A stretch of 64,000 nt of DNA from the NCBI GenBank assembly GCA_965112155.1, contig OZ218110.1. The stretch is one strand, 5' to 3'. The DNA is from Podarcis liolepis (lineage: Eukaryota). Both the position numbers and the translations under genes were made by a program. The notes below the pieces were generated by a model, which worked only from the letters and a program-made list of their open reading frames with translations, was not told the DNA's origin and made no database searches. How positions within the stretch are numbered: the stretch's first letter is position 1; each line of letters opens with the position of its first letter. Shown in pieces: positions 13,083-26,052 of this stretch.

Positions 13083-13313
13083 TGGATTTGATATCCTGCT
13101 TTATCACTACCCAAAGGAGTCTCAAAGCGGCTAACATTCTCATTTCCCTTCCTCCCCCACAACAAACACTCTGTGAGGTGAGTGGGGCTGAGAGACTTCA
13201 AAGAAGTGTGACTAGCCCAAGGTCACCCAGCAGCTGCATGTGGAGGAGCGGAGAAACGAACCCAGTTCACCAGATTACGAGCCTATCGCTCTTAAGCACT
13301 ATACCACACTGGG
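13083..13313 (-). mobile_element. tRNA-derived SINE (Squam3-like)
   Basis: Reverse-complement copy of the SINE at 1907-2161. Confidence 0.8.
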
Positions 13314-15073
13314 TCATGTTACGATGTCAATCACATGTTTTGTGACAGAAGCATTCCTGACATTTACTGGAATATCGTCCCTTTAGTTAGTGACTATAAC
13401 TCATCATACCCAGAAATTACATAACATTTTACAAAGAAGCAGAGCTACAAATAATGAACTGATTTTCACACTTTTTTGCATATATTATGTCATCATTTAA
13501 CAGAATTTGAATAAAATATATTGCATTGTCTTATATGAATATAAGAATATTTAAAAGCATAGTTCTGACTTCAGGAGGGGAGATGGAGTGAGATGGTACA
13601 TAAAGGAGAAAGAAACCAGAACAAAAGAGGGAGGGAACTGAAGCAGAATAAATCCCCACCAGCATTCAACCCATGGAATTGAATGAACTTTTAAACTAGT
13701 CATACAAATAATTGAAAACAACAGTAATTTATTGCTTATACCCCACCCATCTAACTGGATTGCCTCAGCCACTCTGGGTGGGTTCCAACATAATAAAAAC
13801 ACAACAAAATGAATATATTGGCAGTATGTCTTCACATCATATAGTGTATCCATTTTTGTACGTTATTGTCTTCCTAATCAATTCGTGGTTCTTAAATGGG
13901 TTATTATGGGAGAAGGCTCCTATCTCACCTTGGGAGAAAATGAGGTTGGTGTTTTATCAATCTATGTGACAGTAAGTTATACAGAAGTCAGACTAGAACA
14001 CCCTATTCTGAGATTTGCAGCTGTCTGGAATAAAAAGCTGAGAGGTGAAGTATTAAAGTTGATGCTGTATGCTATTGGGAGACCTGATATTGTGTTATAA
14101 CCTTATGCTATCTGATTAAGGTAGGCAAATAGATAAATTACACAGCTTCACAGATGAAAGCTATAAGCTAATGGCACCATAAACCTAGGTTATGGGCACA
14201 ACAGAATGTCTAGGCGCACTTTTTTATAAGAAGAATACAAAGCTGAAAATGAATGAACTGCAGCTAAAATATTATGTTCATTTTCCCCATGATCTAGTCC
14301 TTCCCCAAATATTCTTAAGAGGGTCTCTTCTACAGCCTACAGAGAGTAGCTGGAAGTGGGAAGGCAGAAAAAGGTTCTCCTTTCCTCCCACTCTGCAGTT
14401 TTAATCTGAAATCTTAGGCACAGTACTGCATACAGAGATCAGAAACTGCTCAATCTAATGAAATTCCCTGTAGCAAAATACACCTAGAACAATGGGAATT
14501 TCAAACACTGACCATAAACACCTAGCTGAATGAAAGAATGAATGAATGAATGAAAGCTTGTTCTCTTATAATGGCAATGGCGGGCACTTGAGAGATGCCA
14601 AAACGGAGTTCTCGTGAGTTCCAGCTGAAAAAAAGACATGAATATCTCTTTTGGGGTGCTGAATTCTGGCCTTGTGCAGGGTGCCATTTTATGAAAGATT
14701 ACAGAAGTCTGCCCTGGGGTACAGTTTGTTCATCCCCTCCATCAATATTCCATCAAAACATTCCTGTTTCCTTTATCCTGTTGACCCTGCCTTACAAATG
14801 AATTACTCATACACATTTAAGTTCCTACACTGCAGCCTTCTCATTTTGCTGGTGCAGAATCTCTGTCTGTAGAGAAAAAGAAGAGAGAACTGAAGAAAGC
14901 AGCCACTGAACATATGATATTTATTGTCCAAAGGCCTTATCACTCTCTTCTAGCTGAATGAATACTTGGGAAGGCATGACAATGGAGAAGGCAGATCAGA
15001 AAGGTTACTATATTAAGATCAAGGGTACTAAGGGGTCACGAGTTCAATCCATGATGTTTGGGAAAGCAAGTGC

Positions 15074-16042
15074 TTAATCAACTGTTTTCCCAAATATTGC
15101 ACCAATTTTCTTCACTGCATCTTTTAGCACATCCTTGACTACTTTATTTCTAAAGCTATAGATAATTGGATTAAGTAAAGGAGTAACCACAGTGTTAAGA
15201 ACAGTGGCCACCTTATTAAAATCCATAGAAGAGTTTCCAGCTGGCCTAACATAGATGAATATGGAGCTGCCATAATAGAGAGAGGCCACAGTGATATGAG
15301 AGCTGCAGGTGCTGAAGGCTTTCTTCCTACCTTGGGCTGAGGGCATCCTGACGACAGTAACAATGATGCAGAGGTAGGAGATGGCTGTCACAGAGACGGA
15401 GCTCAGAAGTGTGAAACATGATGAGGCAAATTCAATATTTTCAACCAGGGTGGTGTCTGCACAGAGTAACAGTGTCAACGGGGCTGTGTCGCAGAAGAAA
15501 TGATCGATGACATTGGGGCCACAGTAAGGTAGTCCCGACTTGAAGATGATACCAAGAGCTACACAAATGAAGCCTCCAAACCAACAGAAGAGCATCATCA
15601 GCATGCAGACCTGGCTACTCATGATGGCCGTGTAGCGCAGTGGGTTACAGATGGCTAAGTAACGATCCACAGACATGGCACCAAGCAGGAGAACTTCTGT
15701 GGTCCCACAAAGGAAGTACAGTGTTATCTGGATAGCACATCCAAAAAAGGAGATGGTTTTTTTCTTTGTGATGAGGAGGCTTAGCATTTTAGGTGTGACT
15801 GTGGTGGTGATGATAATCTCCAGCCAGGAGAGTTGGCTCAGAAAATAGTACATGGGTGTGTGAAGGCGGCAGTCAAGGCGGATTATGAGGATGACCAGAG
15901 CATTGCCAATTAATGATAAAGTATACATGACCAGGAAGATGCAGAACAATGGCAACTGCATCCCCCGAAGACCAGAAAAGCCAAGCAACACAAACTCTGT
16001 CACGACTGTTCCCGATATATTTTCTTTTCCATTCAGGATCAT
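15074..16042 (-). CDS. Olfactory receptor, OR6-like, 322 aa
   Basis: LHTPMYYFL, MSVDRYLAICNPLRY, DHFFCD, KAFSTCSSH, PLLNPIIYS. ATG at 16042 matches the paralog start; the track's GTG start at 16075 is not used. Confidence 0.95.
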   Translation of the reverse strand: MILNGKENISGTVVTEFVLLGFSGLRGMQLPLFCIFLVMYTLSLIGNALVILIIRLDCRLHTPMYYFLSQLSWLEIIITTTVTPKMLSLLITKKKTISFFGCAIQITLYFLCGTTEVLLLGAMSVDRYLAICNPLRYTAIMSSQVCMLMMLFCWFGGFICVALGIIFKSGLPYCGPNVIDHFFCDTAPLTLLLCADTTLVENIEFASSCFTLLSSVSVTAISYLCIIVTVVRMPSAQGRKKAFSTCSSHITVASLYYGSSIFIYVRPAGNSSMDFNKVATVLNTVVTPLLNPIIYSFRNKVVKDVLKDAVKKIGAIFGKTVD

Positions 16043-16607
16043 TGTGCCATGAAACTGTAACCAGAACCCCTCCACAAAAGTTTGATGTCACTAAGGATTG
16101 TGCATATGAGGCTGGAAACAATAAAAAGAGTGAAAGAACAAGAATGATATAAGAAATCTGGGCCAAACATTTCCGATAAAATAATTTCGGTAAGATTCCT
16201 CTTTCAGAAAACAGAACATTGAATCTTACTTCAATGCACACAGTCACCAACTAGCTAAAGACTTGGCATGGAGGCTGTCTTTTGTTTCATTTTGTTAGAG
16301 TGTTCAAGATCTTAGGACAGCTTTTAGTTAAAATAGAAAATGCAACAAATAAATTGCATACAAAATTCATACAATTTATATTCAAACTTTTTTGTTTTAA
16401 TTTTGGTTCCTCTGTTTTGTTTTTGCTGGATTGGTGTTGAATAAATTTGTTGGAGTTGGTGGTTATTTTAATTCAGATATAGCTGTAAACTGGTTGTTGT
16501 TGTTGTTTTCTATTTATTTATTTTCTATTTATTGGATTATTTATAGTCTGTATATTCTGTCTTTTAAAGACAGAAATGTCTGGGGAAACCCAGTCAGATG
16601 GGTGGGA

Positions 16608-16608
<1 letters not shown>

Positions 16609-16666
<58 letters not shown>

Positions 16667-16672
16667 ATTATT
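16609..16672. repeat. (TAT)n microsatellite, tail of a short LINE 3'-end remnant
   Basis: TAT run preceded by ctggggaaacccagtcagatgggtggg; related short remnants at ~13725-13790 (-) and ~53000-53060 (+). Confidence 0.85.
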
Positions 16673-17018
16673 TCAGAATTTTTATGTGAATGTCATGACA
16701 GATATGGAAGTTTCTTCTCACTTCCCTCTTCCCCCCCAAAAGCCATGCAATGAACTTCAAGGAAATCAACATTTGTGGCTACTATCATCGTGCCCATCAA
16801 TAATTTGCCGCAAATTTTTGCCTAATGCACAAATCAAAGTAAATATGAGGATTCATATAGAAATTTGAAATAAGAACAAACGATCAATGAAATACATCTT
16901 AGCATTGGTTATGAACAACTCCATAGCCAGCTAACCCACAGACTGCTTTTACCGTTGCTGAGTTGAAGTCAGGGAGATCCAATAGACATGGAACCCATGG
17001 ATCAAACATGCTATGAAC

Positions 17019-17156
17019 CAGATATGGGGAATATTTGGTCATCCAAATATTGCTGAACTACAACTCCCAGCAGCCCCAGCATGCATGGTCAATGGCCAGT
17101 AATGATCCAAGTTGTATTTCAGTAACATCTGGAGGGTGGAAGGTTCCCAATACCTG
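17019..17156. mobile_element. Old hAT-type MITE (URR1/Chap-like)
   Basis: CAG...ggggaa / ttcccaatacctg ends, ctacaactccc core, degenerate 8-bp TSD CTATGAAC/CTTTAAAC; similar remnant at ~56092-56218. Confidence 0.55.
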
Positions 17157-17615
17157 CTTTAAACACATTTATCCCCCAAAGAAAGAGCTTACTAAAATAT
17201 TGTTGATCATGGAAACCATTGCTCACCCACCATATTTTTTTCTTTTCATTCATTGTTGCTAACTGCATCCAAAACAGAGAAGAGGCAGGGAATTAGCCTC
17301 ATGTTCTGAATGAATTCTAAAATGGATGACAGTATGAAACCATCAATACTTACAGCACTGCAGTGACACAAGGCGGTTGGAGTGGGGCAACAGCTGAAGG
17401 CAAGAAAATGTGTTCCAGATTTTCTAGATGAGAAACTCAAAAGCTGATCAAATCAGAAACAGTTTAGTTTATCTTTGTTGTTTAGCAGCTCTCGCTATGT
17501 CCCTTTCTGTATGGCTCCAACTTCAAAACCATAAACTGAAAGCTATTAAACTATGTTGAGGTATCTCATCATCACCATTTGCCTTTCAAGTCATAGTCTG
17601 ACAAAGAAAAACCTA

Positions 17616-17657
17616 GATTCAGGTAGGTAGCCGTGTTGGTCTGACGCAGTCAAAATA
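17616..17657 (-). mobile_element. Penelope-like element extreme 3' remnant
   Basis: Reverse complement tattttgactgcgtcagaccaacacggctacctacctg matches the PLE end at 27601-27638. Confidence 0.75.
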
Positions 17658-17737
17658 CAGGGTGAGTCCTTTAAAAGAGGCCCTGTGAATACAGCACACA
17701 CATGTTCCACGGGTCCTCTTTTAAAAGATTCACCCTG
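17658..17737. mobile_element. 80-bp mariner-type MITE
   Basis: TIRs CAGGGTGAGTCCTTTAAAAGAGG / CCTCTTTTAAAAGATTCACCCTG, TA on both sides. Confidence 0.88.
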
Positions 17738-18967
17738 TATATTAAAAAAATAAGAAAATAATACAAATAAAGAAAATAAAATCCTGATTTAACTAGTGAA
17801 AATTACAAAATTATATGCAGCAAAAAGAGGAAATATCCATATACACCCTGAACTGTTAATTAATTGCCCACTGAAGCAGCTTTTAAACACAACATACCGG
17901 TACTTGATTACAGTAGCCTATTTCATTCTCTTTGTGGCTCATTAAAGCAAGGACAATCACATGGGGATTCCTATCACAACCCTTGAGATTCAGTTGTGTG
18001 AAACCTTGATGTCTGATCTCACTGCCATGACCAGAGATAGACTGGGCTTCCCAGATCCTCCAGGTGACAGGGTTTTCCATTCACCACCACAGAGGCAAAA
18101 GTCTGAAGAACATGTGGGCTACTCACAACCCTGGTGGGTCTTCCTTGTAGCTGCCCTGAAGGTTGCCCACAGCTGCTGAATCCCCCGCCATTGCAAAATT
18201 TTGCATTGTGATTGCAGGGGGGACAACACACACAGGAAGTGCCATCTTGCTCATTCATATCACACTAGCTCCGGTATGCCCCAAAGTTGCAGTGGGAAGC
18301 ATAATTTTTTTTTGGGGGGGGGGGCACACACTGTGCTTTATTATTAAAGATTTTCTTGTTTTACAGAAGTAAGTGTAATGTCTCTCGTATTTTTTCCGTG
18401 TAACATTTTTACAAATCAGTTTCATAATTTACATGAACAGGAGGGAGTGCAGGTAAGGGGATATCAACATGTTGCCCCTGCCTATGTAAATTACACTCTT
18501 GCTAGCCAGGTGTGTTTGTGTGTGTGTGTGCGCGTGTGTGTGTGTGCTTGTAAATGCCCCCCTCAGTCCAGGCACCAGCCACCCCCATTGGCAGGTAGGT
18601 GCTTACTATTGACCCACTACCACATGAGGCAAAAACCTCGCAGCAGATAGCATTTTCCCTTTCCTGGAGAAGGCATTGGGAGGGCCTGTGCCCTTCTGCT
18701 CCCCTTCCAATCATTAGTTCCTATGGCAACCAAGTCACTCTGTAGTTATGCAAAGAGATGCTTAACATATTTTTCTTCACAAATAAAGTGGAAACAGGCG
18801 TGACCATTGTAGTAGTCCCCTTTTTCTGTATTCACCACATTATGTGGTTCTTACTAGTGTATAAAATGGGGGTGCATAGGTGTAATTGTTTGTAAATGAT
18901 GGGATTTATGAGCACTTTTTCTTATATAGAAAAACAGTGTTCAGAGTCAGAATATTCTGAAAAAAAT

Positions 18968-19110
18968 AATAGAATCACAGAATTGTAGAGTTGGAAGGGA
19001 GCCTGAGGGTCATCTAGTCCAATCACTTGCAATGCATCCATGTTTGATAGCCATCAAACCTCTGCTTAAAATCTCCCAATGAGGAAATGGAATCCATTCC
19101 ACTGTCTGCA
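18968..19110 (-). mobile_element. CR1 LINE 3' end
   Basis: Reverse complement of ggactagatgacc...cccttccaactctacaattctgtgattctat, the CR1 tail. Confidence 0.75.
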
Positions 19111-21676
19111 ATGGCAAGTTTGAAGGTCAAATAAGTGCCTTGACCAGTGATACAATTTATTTTTCAAGTCCATCAGGTGTTTATACAGGAGAACATTAAT
19201 TATGTCCAGGAGGAAAACACTGTTGTCATGAATGCAATGGGTAGGTGCACCTTATACAAAAATCCTGAAGCAAAATGGGTTTCAAGAAAGGACACATGTT
19301 ATGTGCAGAAATACTTCTCGTACGTAGTATTGGAAAAGTACTTTAGAGAAGAGGCTGTGTTTGTTGTGGGGGAGTTGTGTTATATCCTCATGGACAATGC
19401 TGGTATCCTTATGCCAAGTCAGTCCATTTTTCTCAGCATTGTCTAGGCTGACTAACAGAGGCTCCCCAGGGATCATGTCCAGCAATATTCAGAAATTGTA
19501 TCTGGGACTTGTCCTATGAAAAGCATATGCTATACAAGTGGTTGCTGCATGTTTTATATTTGCATTCTGCATTTCTTTCATGCTGGAACTCCAGGCATCC
19601 TAAATTGAGCTTCTATACACATATCTGGTTAGCTGCACTGAAAGACTGCTGCAATGCAGTGCCATTTTAGGGGATGGAACTTATTTTTTGCAAATTTCTT
19701 CAGCGAGGGCTCTTAAAAATATGTTTTAAGGTGCAAGAAATTAAAATCCGCTATTATTTCAGTGATTGCACATTTCTCTTGGCAAACCTATGTTTGATGA
19801 TGAAGCACATAAACTGCTTTTAGAAAACCAAAGAATTTAATTTTACCTTCTGAAAATGTCAGCTAATCTTTTTAAATAATTTATATAGAATGTTACAGAC
19901 ACTTTACTCACCAAGCAAAACTAAATTGTATTAATTTAATAAAAATACTGTTTGAATTCCCAAGTCATGTTACAACCTTTTAGCACCCCTCATTTTTGGA
20001 ATATGAAAGTTGAAAAATTCTACACTCACAACTGCTGCATCATGCCCCTTTAAACCCCTTGAAGACAATTACTCTAATTGTCTTTACCTACATTTCTCAA
20101 AAGAACTTGCAGTCAAGAGGGTTGTGGAAAATCTTAATGAATGTATAAAGCAATGCATTTTAATGAAAAGGAGCAATAGAACTGAAATTAAGTTGTAGTA
20201 AGTTAATTATTCTCATGGGGAGGGGAGCAAATAAATTGGAATAAATACAGAATGCAGAAACTTTTAGAGATTCTAGACAATAACATTGACATTCCAAGGC
20301 TCCCAAGGGTGTTAGGAGACCATATGTCTCTGAATTAAATTAAAACAAACTGATAATATGCTGGTTATTTCTAGTTATTCTGTAACATTTGTTAAACTTT
20401 TTAACAATCAACGTCACTATAAAATTTTATATTCAGGATGCTACTGTTGGTAGATATACATAGGTATGCAAGAACCTGCTGCGTTTAGATATTAACTGAG
20501 TATATTTTAAATTATAGGCCCAACAATTATATAATTGGAATCTTCAAGCTTCCAACTGTTTCTACTACATATGTTCCTTGATATTTGAAATCTAGAACCT
20601 TAATTATTGGATGGTGGTAGAAAATCTGAAGTGGATGGCATGGGTTTGTACCCATTCTCCTTCCCTTCCCAAAGAGCTGTTGTTAATGAGCAGCAATGAA
20701 GAAGGTTCACAGCTCCCCCCCCCCATGTTGTGGGAAATGTCCAGATTTGATGAGTGTTGGTGTCAACATTTACATGCAAATTTTGTCAATTTCTATGAAT
20801 GTCAAGGTTTTGGTTGCACACTTCTCTGCTTGTCAAATACAGTATATGAATGCTCATATATATATCACTATAAACATTTTAAAGCAAACTAGTATGGGTA
20901 ACATTCACCAGATTTTGGATAGTAATTGTTAACATGTCAGAAAACCAGTGAATATTGGCATTTAACAATAATTCATACAGTTAAACCTCACGGCCATCAA
21001 ATTCCTGTGGGAATGCCTGCCTGATTTACATCATTTACCAGATTACTGTTGCCTGGATGCAATGTCTATTGCAAGTCTTCTGACATGATTTTTTTTTATA
21101 TTTATTGGGAAACCAAGTGCATTCATTAAGATATTTCACCCCATCTCCAGAACTTATAGGAATTGAAAAGAAGCTGTGAAGAATGAACTATTTCAACATT
21201 ATTACATGGTTTATGGCTTTATTTAAGACTGAAACACCATGTCCTGCTATTAAAGAATATTTTGGTACTCTGGATATTAAAAGATGCAGAAGAAAGCAAG
21301 TACTAAAGTATGACAATGTCCACAAAAATGATAACTCAATCATAAATATTGGGCTTTCTGATGAGGTGTTATTGATCACAGTTGGGACTAAAACTCCAGT
21401 CTTCTCATTTTGCAAGAGCTAGGTCTCTGTCCGATGGTGCTAGTGACCCCAGTAGTGACAGCTGGCTTATACATGATGTGCTGCCATCAAAATGGTGTTC
21501 TGTTAGTAGCAGCAGCTAAGGAAGCAGACACAGAAAATCTGATATTTATTATCTGAAGCACTTTTGCAGTTCCTTCTCCTCTAAGAAGTACTTGAGAAAG
21601 GATGATATTTGACAAGGCATAACAGAAAGGTTCTAAGTTAAGTTAGGAACTCGAGTGACAAAGAAGCAAGAGATGC

Positions 21677-22645
21677 CTAATCGACTGTTTTCCTAAATAT
21701 TGCACCAATTTTCTTCACTGCATCTTTTAGCACATCCTTGACAACTTTGTTTCTAAAGCTATAGATAAGTGGATTAAGGAATGGAGTTATCACAGAGTTG
21801 AACACAGTGGCCACCTTATTAAAATTCATAGAAGAACTTCCAGGTGGTCTGACATAGATGAATATGGAGCTGCCATAATAGAGGATGGCCACAGTGATAT
21901 GGGAGCTGAATGTGCTGAAAGCTTTCCTCCTGCCTTGCGCTGAAGGCATCCTGATCACAGTGAAAATGATGCTCAGGTAGGAGACAGCTGTCACAGAGAC
22001 GGAACTCAGGAGTGTGAAACAGGATGAGGAAAATTCTACGGTTTCAACCAGAGTGGTGTCTGCACAGACCAACTTTAACAAGGGGCCAGTATCACAGAAG
22101 AAATGATCAATGACATTGGGGCCACAATAAGGAAGGCCTGTCTTGAAAACGGCACTAATCGCAACACAAAAGAAACTTCCAAACCAGCAGAAAAGCATCA
22201 TGAGCATGCAGACTTGGTTACTCATGATGGCTGTGTAGCGCAGTGGGTTGCAGATGGCCAAGTAGCGATCCACAGACATGATTCCTAATAGGAGAACTTC
22301 TGTGGTCCCACAAAGGAAGTACAGTGTTAACTGGACAGCACATCCAAAGAAGGAGATGGTATTTTTCTTTGTGATGAGAAGGCTGAGCATCTTAGGTGTG
22401 ACTGTGGAGGTGATGATCATCTCCAACCAGGCAAGGTTGCTGAGAAAATAGTACATAGGGGTATGTAGGCGGGCATCGAGGCGGATTATGAGGATGATCA
22501 GACCATTGCCAATTACTGACAACACATATATGACCAGGAAGAGGCAGAATAATGGCAGGTGCATCTTCTGCAGTCTAGAGAATCCAATCAGCACGAACTC
22601 TGTCACAACTGTTCCTGAGATATTTTCTTTTTCATTCAGGATCAT
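21677..22645 (-). CDS. Olfactory receptor, OR6-like, 322 aa (paralog of 15074-16042)
   Basis: LHTPMYYFL, MSVDRYLAIC, DHFFCD, PFLNPLIYS; KAFSTFSSH variant. Confidence 0.95.
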   Translation of the reverse strand: MILNEKENISGTVVTEFVLIGFSRLQKMHLPLFCLFLVIYVLSVIGNGLIILIIRLDARLHTPMYYFLSNLAWLEMIITSTVTPKMLSLLITKKNTISFFGCAVQLTLYFLCGTTEVLLLGIMSVDRYLAICNPLRYTAIMSNQVCMLMMLFCWFGSFFCVAISAVFKTGLPYCGPNVIDHFFCDTGPLLKLVCADTTLVETVEFSSSCFTLLSSVSVTAVSYLSIIFTVIRMPSAQGRRKAFSTFSSHITVAILYYGSSIFIYVRPPGSSSMNFNKVATVFNSVITPFLNPLIYSFRNKVVKDVLKDAVKKIGAIFRKTVD

Positions 22646-23306
22646 TGTGCCATCATTGAACTGTAACCAAAAGACCCCGATGAAAGAAACATCAATGTGG
22701 CATTACTACTATGCATTATAAAGCTGAGACTAAACCACTGTATATATTGAATGTGTCAATTTTAGCCTTCTGGTCTGATTTATAATAATAGTCCTAGTGC
22801 TGCTTTAGCTAATTATATCCTTGTTGATGGGGAATTTTAAATTGTTTAAGTATTTTGTTTTTGAAAATTTCCTGGAGAACTATAGTTATGGTGTGACTTA
22901 GGTATAGAGCAATACAATAAAAACAAACAAACAAGTAGAAAGGAGAAAAAATGATTTAAATAATCTGAGCCAAAAAGTTGTGACTAAAATTGTTAAATAA
23001 ATAAAACCTTTTCTGTAACATTCTAGTGTCAAAGTTCTGGATTATCTGAGGAAACATCTGAGGGAACATGCTGTCATTTGTGGGAATCCCTTCCCTAGTC
23101 AAGACTAGCATGTAAGTGCCAAAACCAGAAAAAGGATTGTGACAGGCTTCTAAAGGGAGTCTCCACACTGGCTGAATAGGCAACAAAATAGCAAATATGG
23201 TTCACTGTTAACAAGTGAGAGGTGATGCACTATGAGACAAAAAGCCCTGACTGCACACATGTACCCAATGGGGTCATAGCAGACAATGACTGACCAATAA
23301 AGATAA

Positions 23307-23636
23307 GGGTTAAGGACCCCTGGATGGTTAAGTCCAGTCAAAGGTGACTATGGGGTTGTGGCACTCATCTCGCTTTCAGGCTGAGGGAGCCGGCGTTTGT
23401 CCATAGACATCTTTCCAGGTCATGTAGAGCCAGCATGACTAAACCGCTTCTGGCACAATGGAACACCTTGATGGAAACCAGAGCACATGGAAATGCCACT
23501 TACCTTCCTACCTATTTATCTACTTGCACTGGCATGTTTTCAAACTGCTAGGTTGGCAGGAGCTGGGACAGAGCAATGGGAGCTTACTCCATTGCAGGGA
23601 TTCGAACCGCCAACCTTCAGATCAGCAAGCCCAAGA
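23307..23636 (-). mobile_element. Sauria SINE (5'-truncated)
   Basis: Homologous to the copy at 50521-50877; B-box GGTTCGAATCCC on the minus strand. Confidence 0.85.
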
Positions 23637-26052
23637 TAACCTGCATTCATCATGATAGCTCAATGGATATGTTGACTTAGTGAGTAGCAGCTGAGAAAAA
23701 GCCAAATCCCATATGAGGGATCAGTTAGGAAAGGGATTAAAAATGAACCCACCAATTTTGTAATGGTTCAAAAATATTTATAGTGCAACCACATTTGCAA
23801 TACTGTCCACAGCTCTGGTTGCCATACTTCAAAAAGTATCTTGTAGAGTTCAGAAAGGGGTGAGGGGAGGCAACCAAAATGAACATAGAGCTGGAACAAA
23901 TTCCCTTCAAGGAAAGGTTACACTGTTTGGCTTTTTGGTTGGGAAAAGGGGTAAAAAAGAAAATTCTTCTCCCTCCTCCATAATACTAGATCTTGAGGCC
24001 AACCAATGAATGGTGGGAGAATCGGGACAGCTAAAAAGCTTTCACACAGAAAATTGTTAGTAATCTTTGGAAGTCTGGATGGCTTTAAGGTGGTTAGACA
24101 AACTTGAAAAACCTGTACTGTATCCCTCCCTACTCTTTGCTATAAAAACATAAGGTTATTGGCATTTAGTCATATGTTACTCCAGTTTGAAGAGGATGAA
24201 CACTACAAAACTAGAACATTTCACACAAGATAATATTCTTCACAGATGATTGGAACAAAATGGCATTAAATTCATACCATGCACATAGATGCAATTAATG
24301 GATAACAAGAAAATAAATTATTAAATTTTTTGCTTGTACCTGATTTAAAGATGGAGAAAACGTTGATTCCCTCATTTGACAGCACTTATCTAGGTAGCCA
24401 CTTTTGGGGGGGGGGGGTTGAAGGAAACAAAAATAATTGTCTGAGCTTTAGGATATTAAGCAGTTAATTAAATAGCAGAATCTTAACTCTGGGCTATCAG
24501 GCGTCAGAAGATGTGATGTGGGAGCCAGTAGGAATGTTGGTATTCATTTGGAGGCTCCATGGAAGCAGAAATCTTTGAAGATTATAAAACCAAGGGAAAA
24601 GAGAAAGCAAAGAGGGAGAGAGAAATCTAAGTATTTCAGTCCTCATGTTCTCTTCTAGAGGGATAAACTTTCTCTATAATTGTTTTGTGTGTGTGTTGGG
24701 GATGTCTGCAGTGTTTAGTATTATCTGTTGAGCTTGGGGATATGCACACTTGGGGCATTGCTCCTTGCAACATAAGAAAACACAAGAATTCCAAAATGGA
24801 AAGTTACATTGTCTCATCAGTATAATTTGGTTTTGACTGTGAAACAGGCATTCTCCTTATCCACACACAGTTTATAACTAATTAAATTAAAATAGTAATA
24901 AAACTTTCCAAAGTTGCATAAGTATATTCACAAAATCTTCAGAGACTCATTCTGTGAAATAATATCTGACTTCTTATGTTGTGTGACAAATGCATGTTTG
25001 TTTTTTTTGGGGGGGGGGGAATTCAGCTCAGCACTACTAATTACCTTTGTAGTGCATATTGTCTTTTTGCTACTTTTTCGCTTTCCTTATTGGGGGGGAG
25101 CACATTTGCCTGCCCCAGCTAACTTCTTTAACAATTTAAATTAACTTCTGTTCCTTAAAACCACTGATACATTGCAAACTGAAGGGGGCACTGTGGGATT
25201 GCTAAGCAACTTAAGTTATTTGAGTTCAGAAATAGCTACTGTGGACAATGTTTTGTGAGCTGTATGTATTAAGTATGGCAATGTATATTTTGCAGTCAGT
25301 TGCTTTATTTTATTGTTTCACTCTTGTCTCTTATCTTGTGGTTCAATTCAAATGTCTGATGCACATCTGTGTCTCCTGTACAAGGGGAAGCAGGTGAGCT
25401 TTTTCAAAAAGTTGAGTACTACTCAAACACAGTACTCTTCATCAAGAGCAAAAGAATTGAATTGAGTGGCAAGTTCCAAGCCACAAGTTCCAAGCCACAT
25501 GAGCCACAAAGTTCCCAGGAGAACAATAAAGCACACGGACACAAAGTATTTTGGTTTATGGGTTCAAATAGGTCACAACTTTATTGGTTACGAATGTGAG
25601 CAGTTTGGATTAGGCCAGCAATGGAGAGAGAGAGAGGGTGCCAGCTGGTTGTGCCATGGTTAAATGTGCCCGTGGCCCACACAGAGTTCTGATTGGCTGG
25701 GGCTATCCAATAAGGGCAGAACTCCAGCAACAACAACCCAGGAAGCAAATGGACATCATAATAGCCAGTCTCTACCTGAAGAAAGATGGCTGCCTACATT
25801 GATATCTGTATCTATAACTCTTTGTTATGACATGTGGTCCCTGGAAGCACTTTATATGACTTTTTTACCCACATGACAGTCCCATTACTAGCTGCTTTGA
25901 ACATTTAAAAAGAAGTAAGGCAGACTTTGCATCAGCTTTTAAATACATAAATGCTTAGATACGCAAAACAAATTCATCTCCATATCTCTGTTGCAATCCA
26001 CACATGGGACCCAGAGGGACAAAATGTTTAAGCTCACTCCAAAACGTAGACC

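Noticed and set aside
16043-16075. GTG/TTG-initiated N-terminal extensions from the ORF track (also 30099, 35044, 41121, 46486, 999)
   Set aside because: Prokaryotic-style start calls; paralog alignment supports the downstream ATGs.
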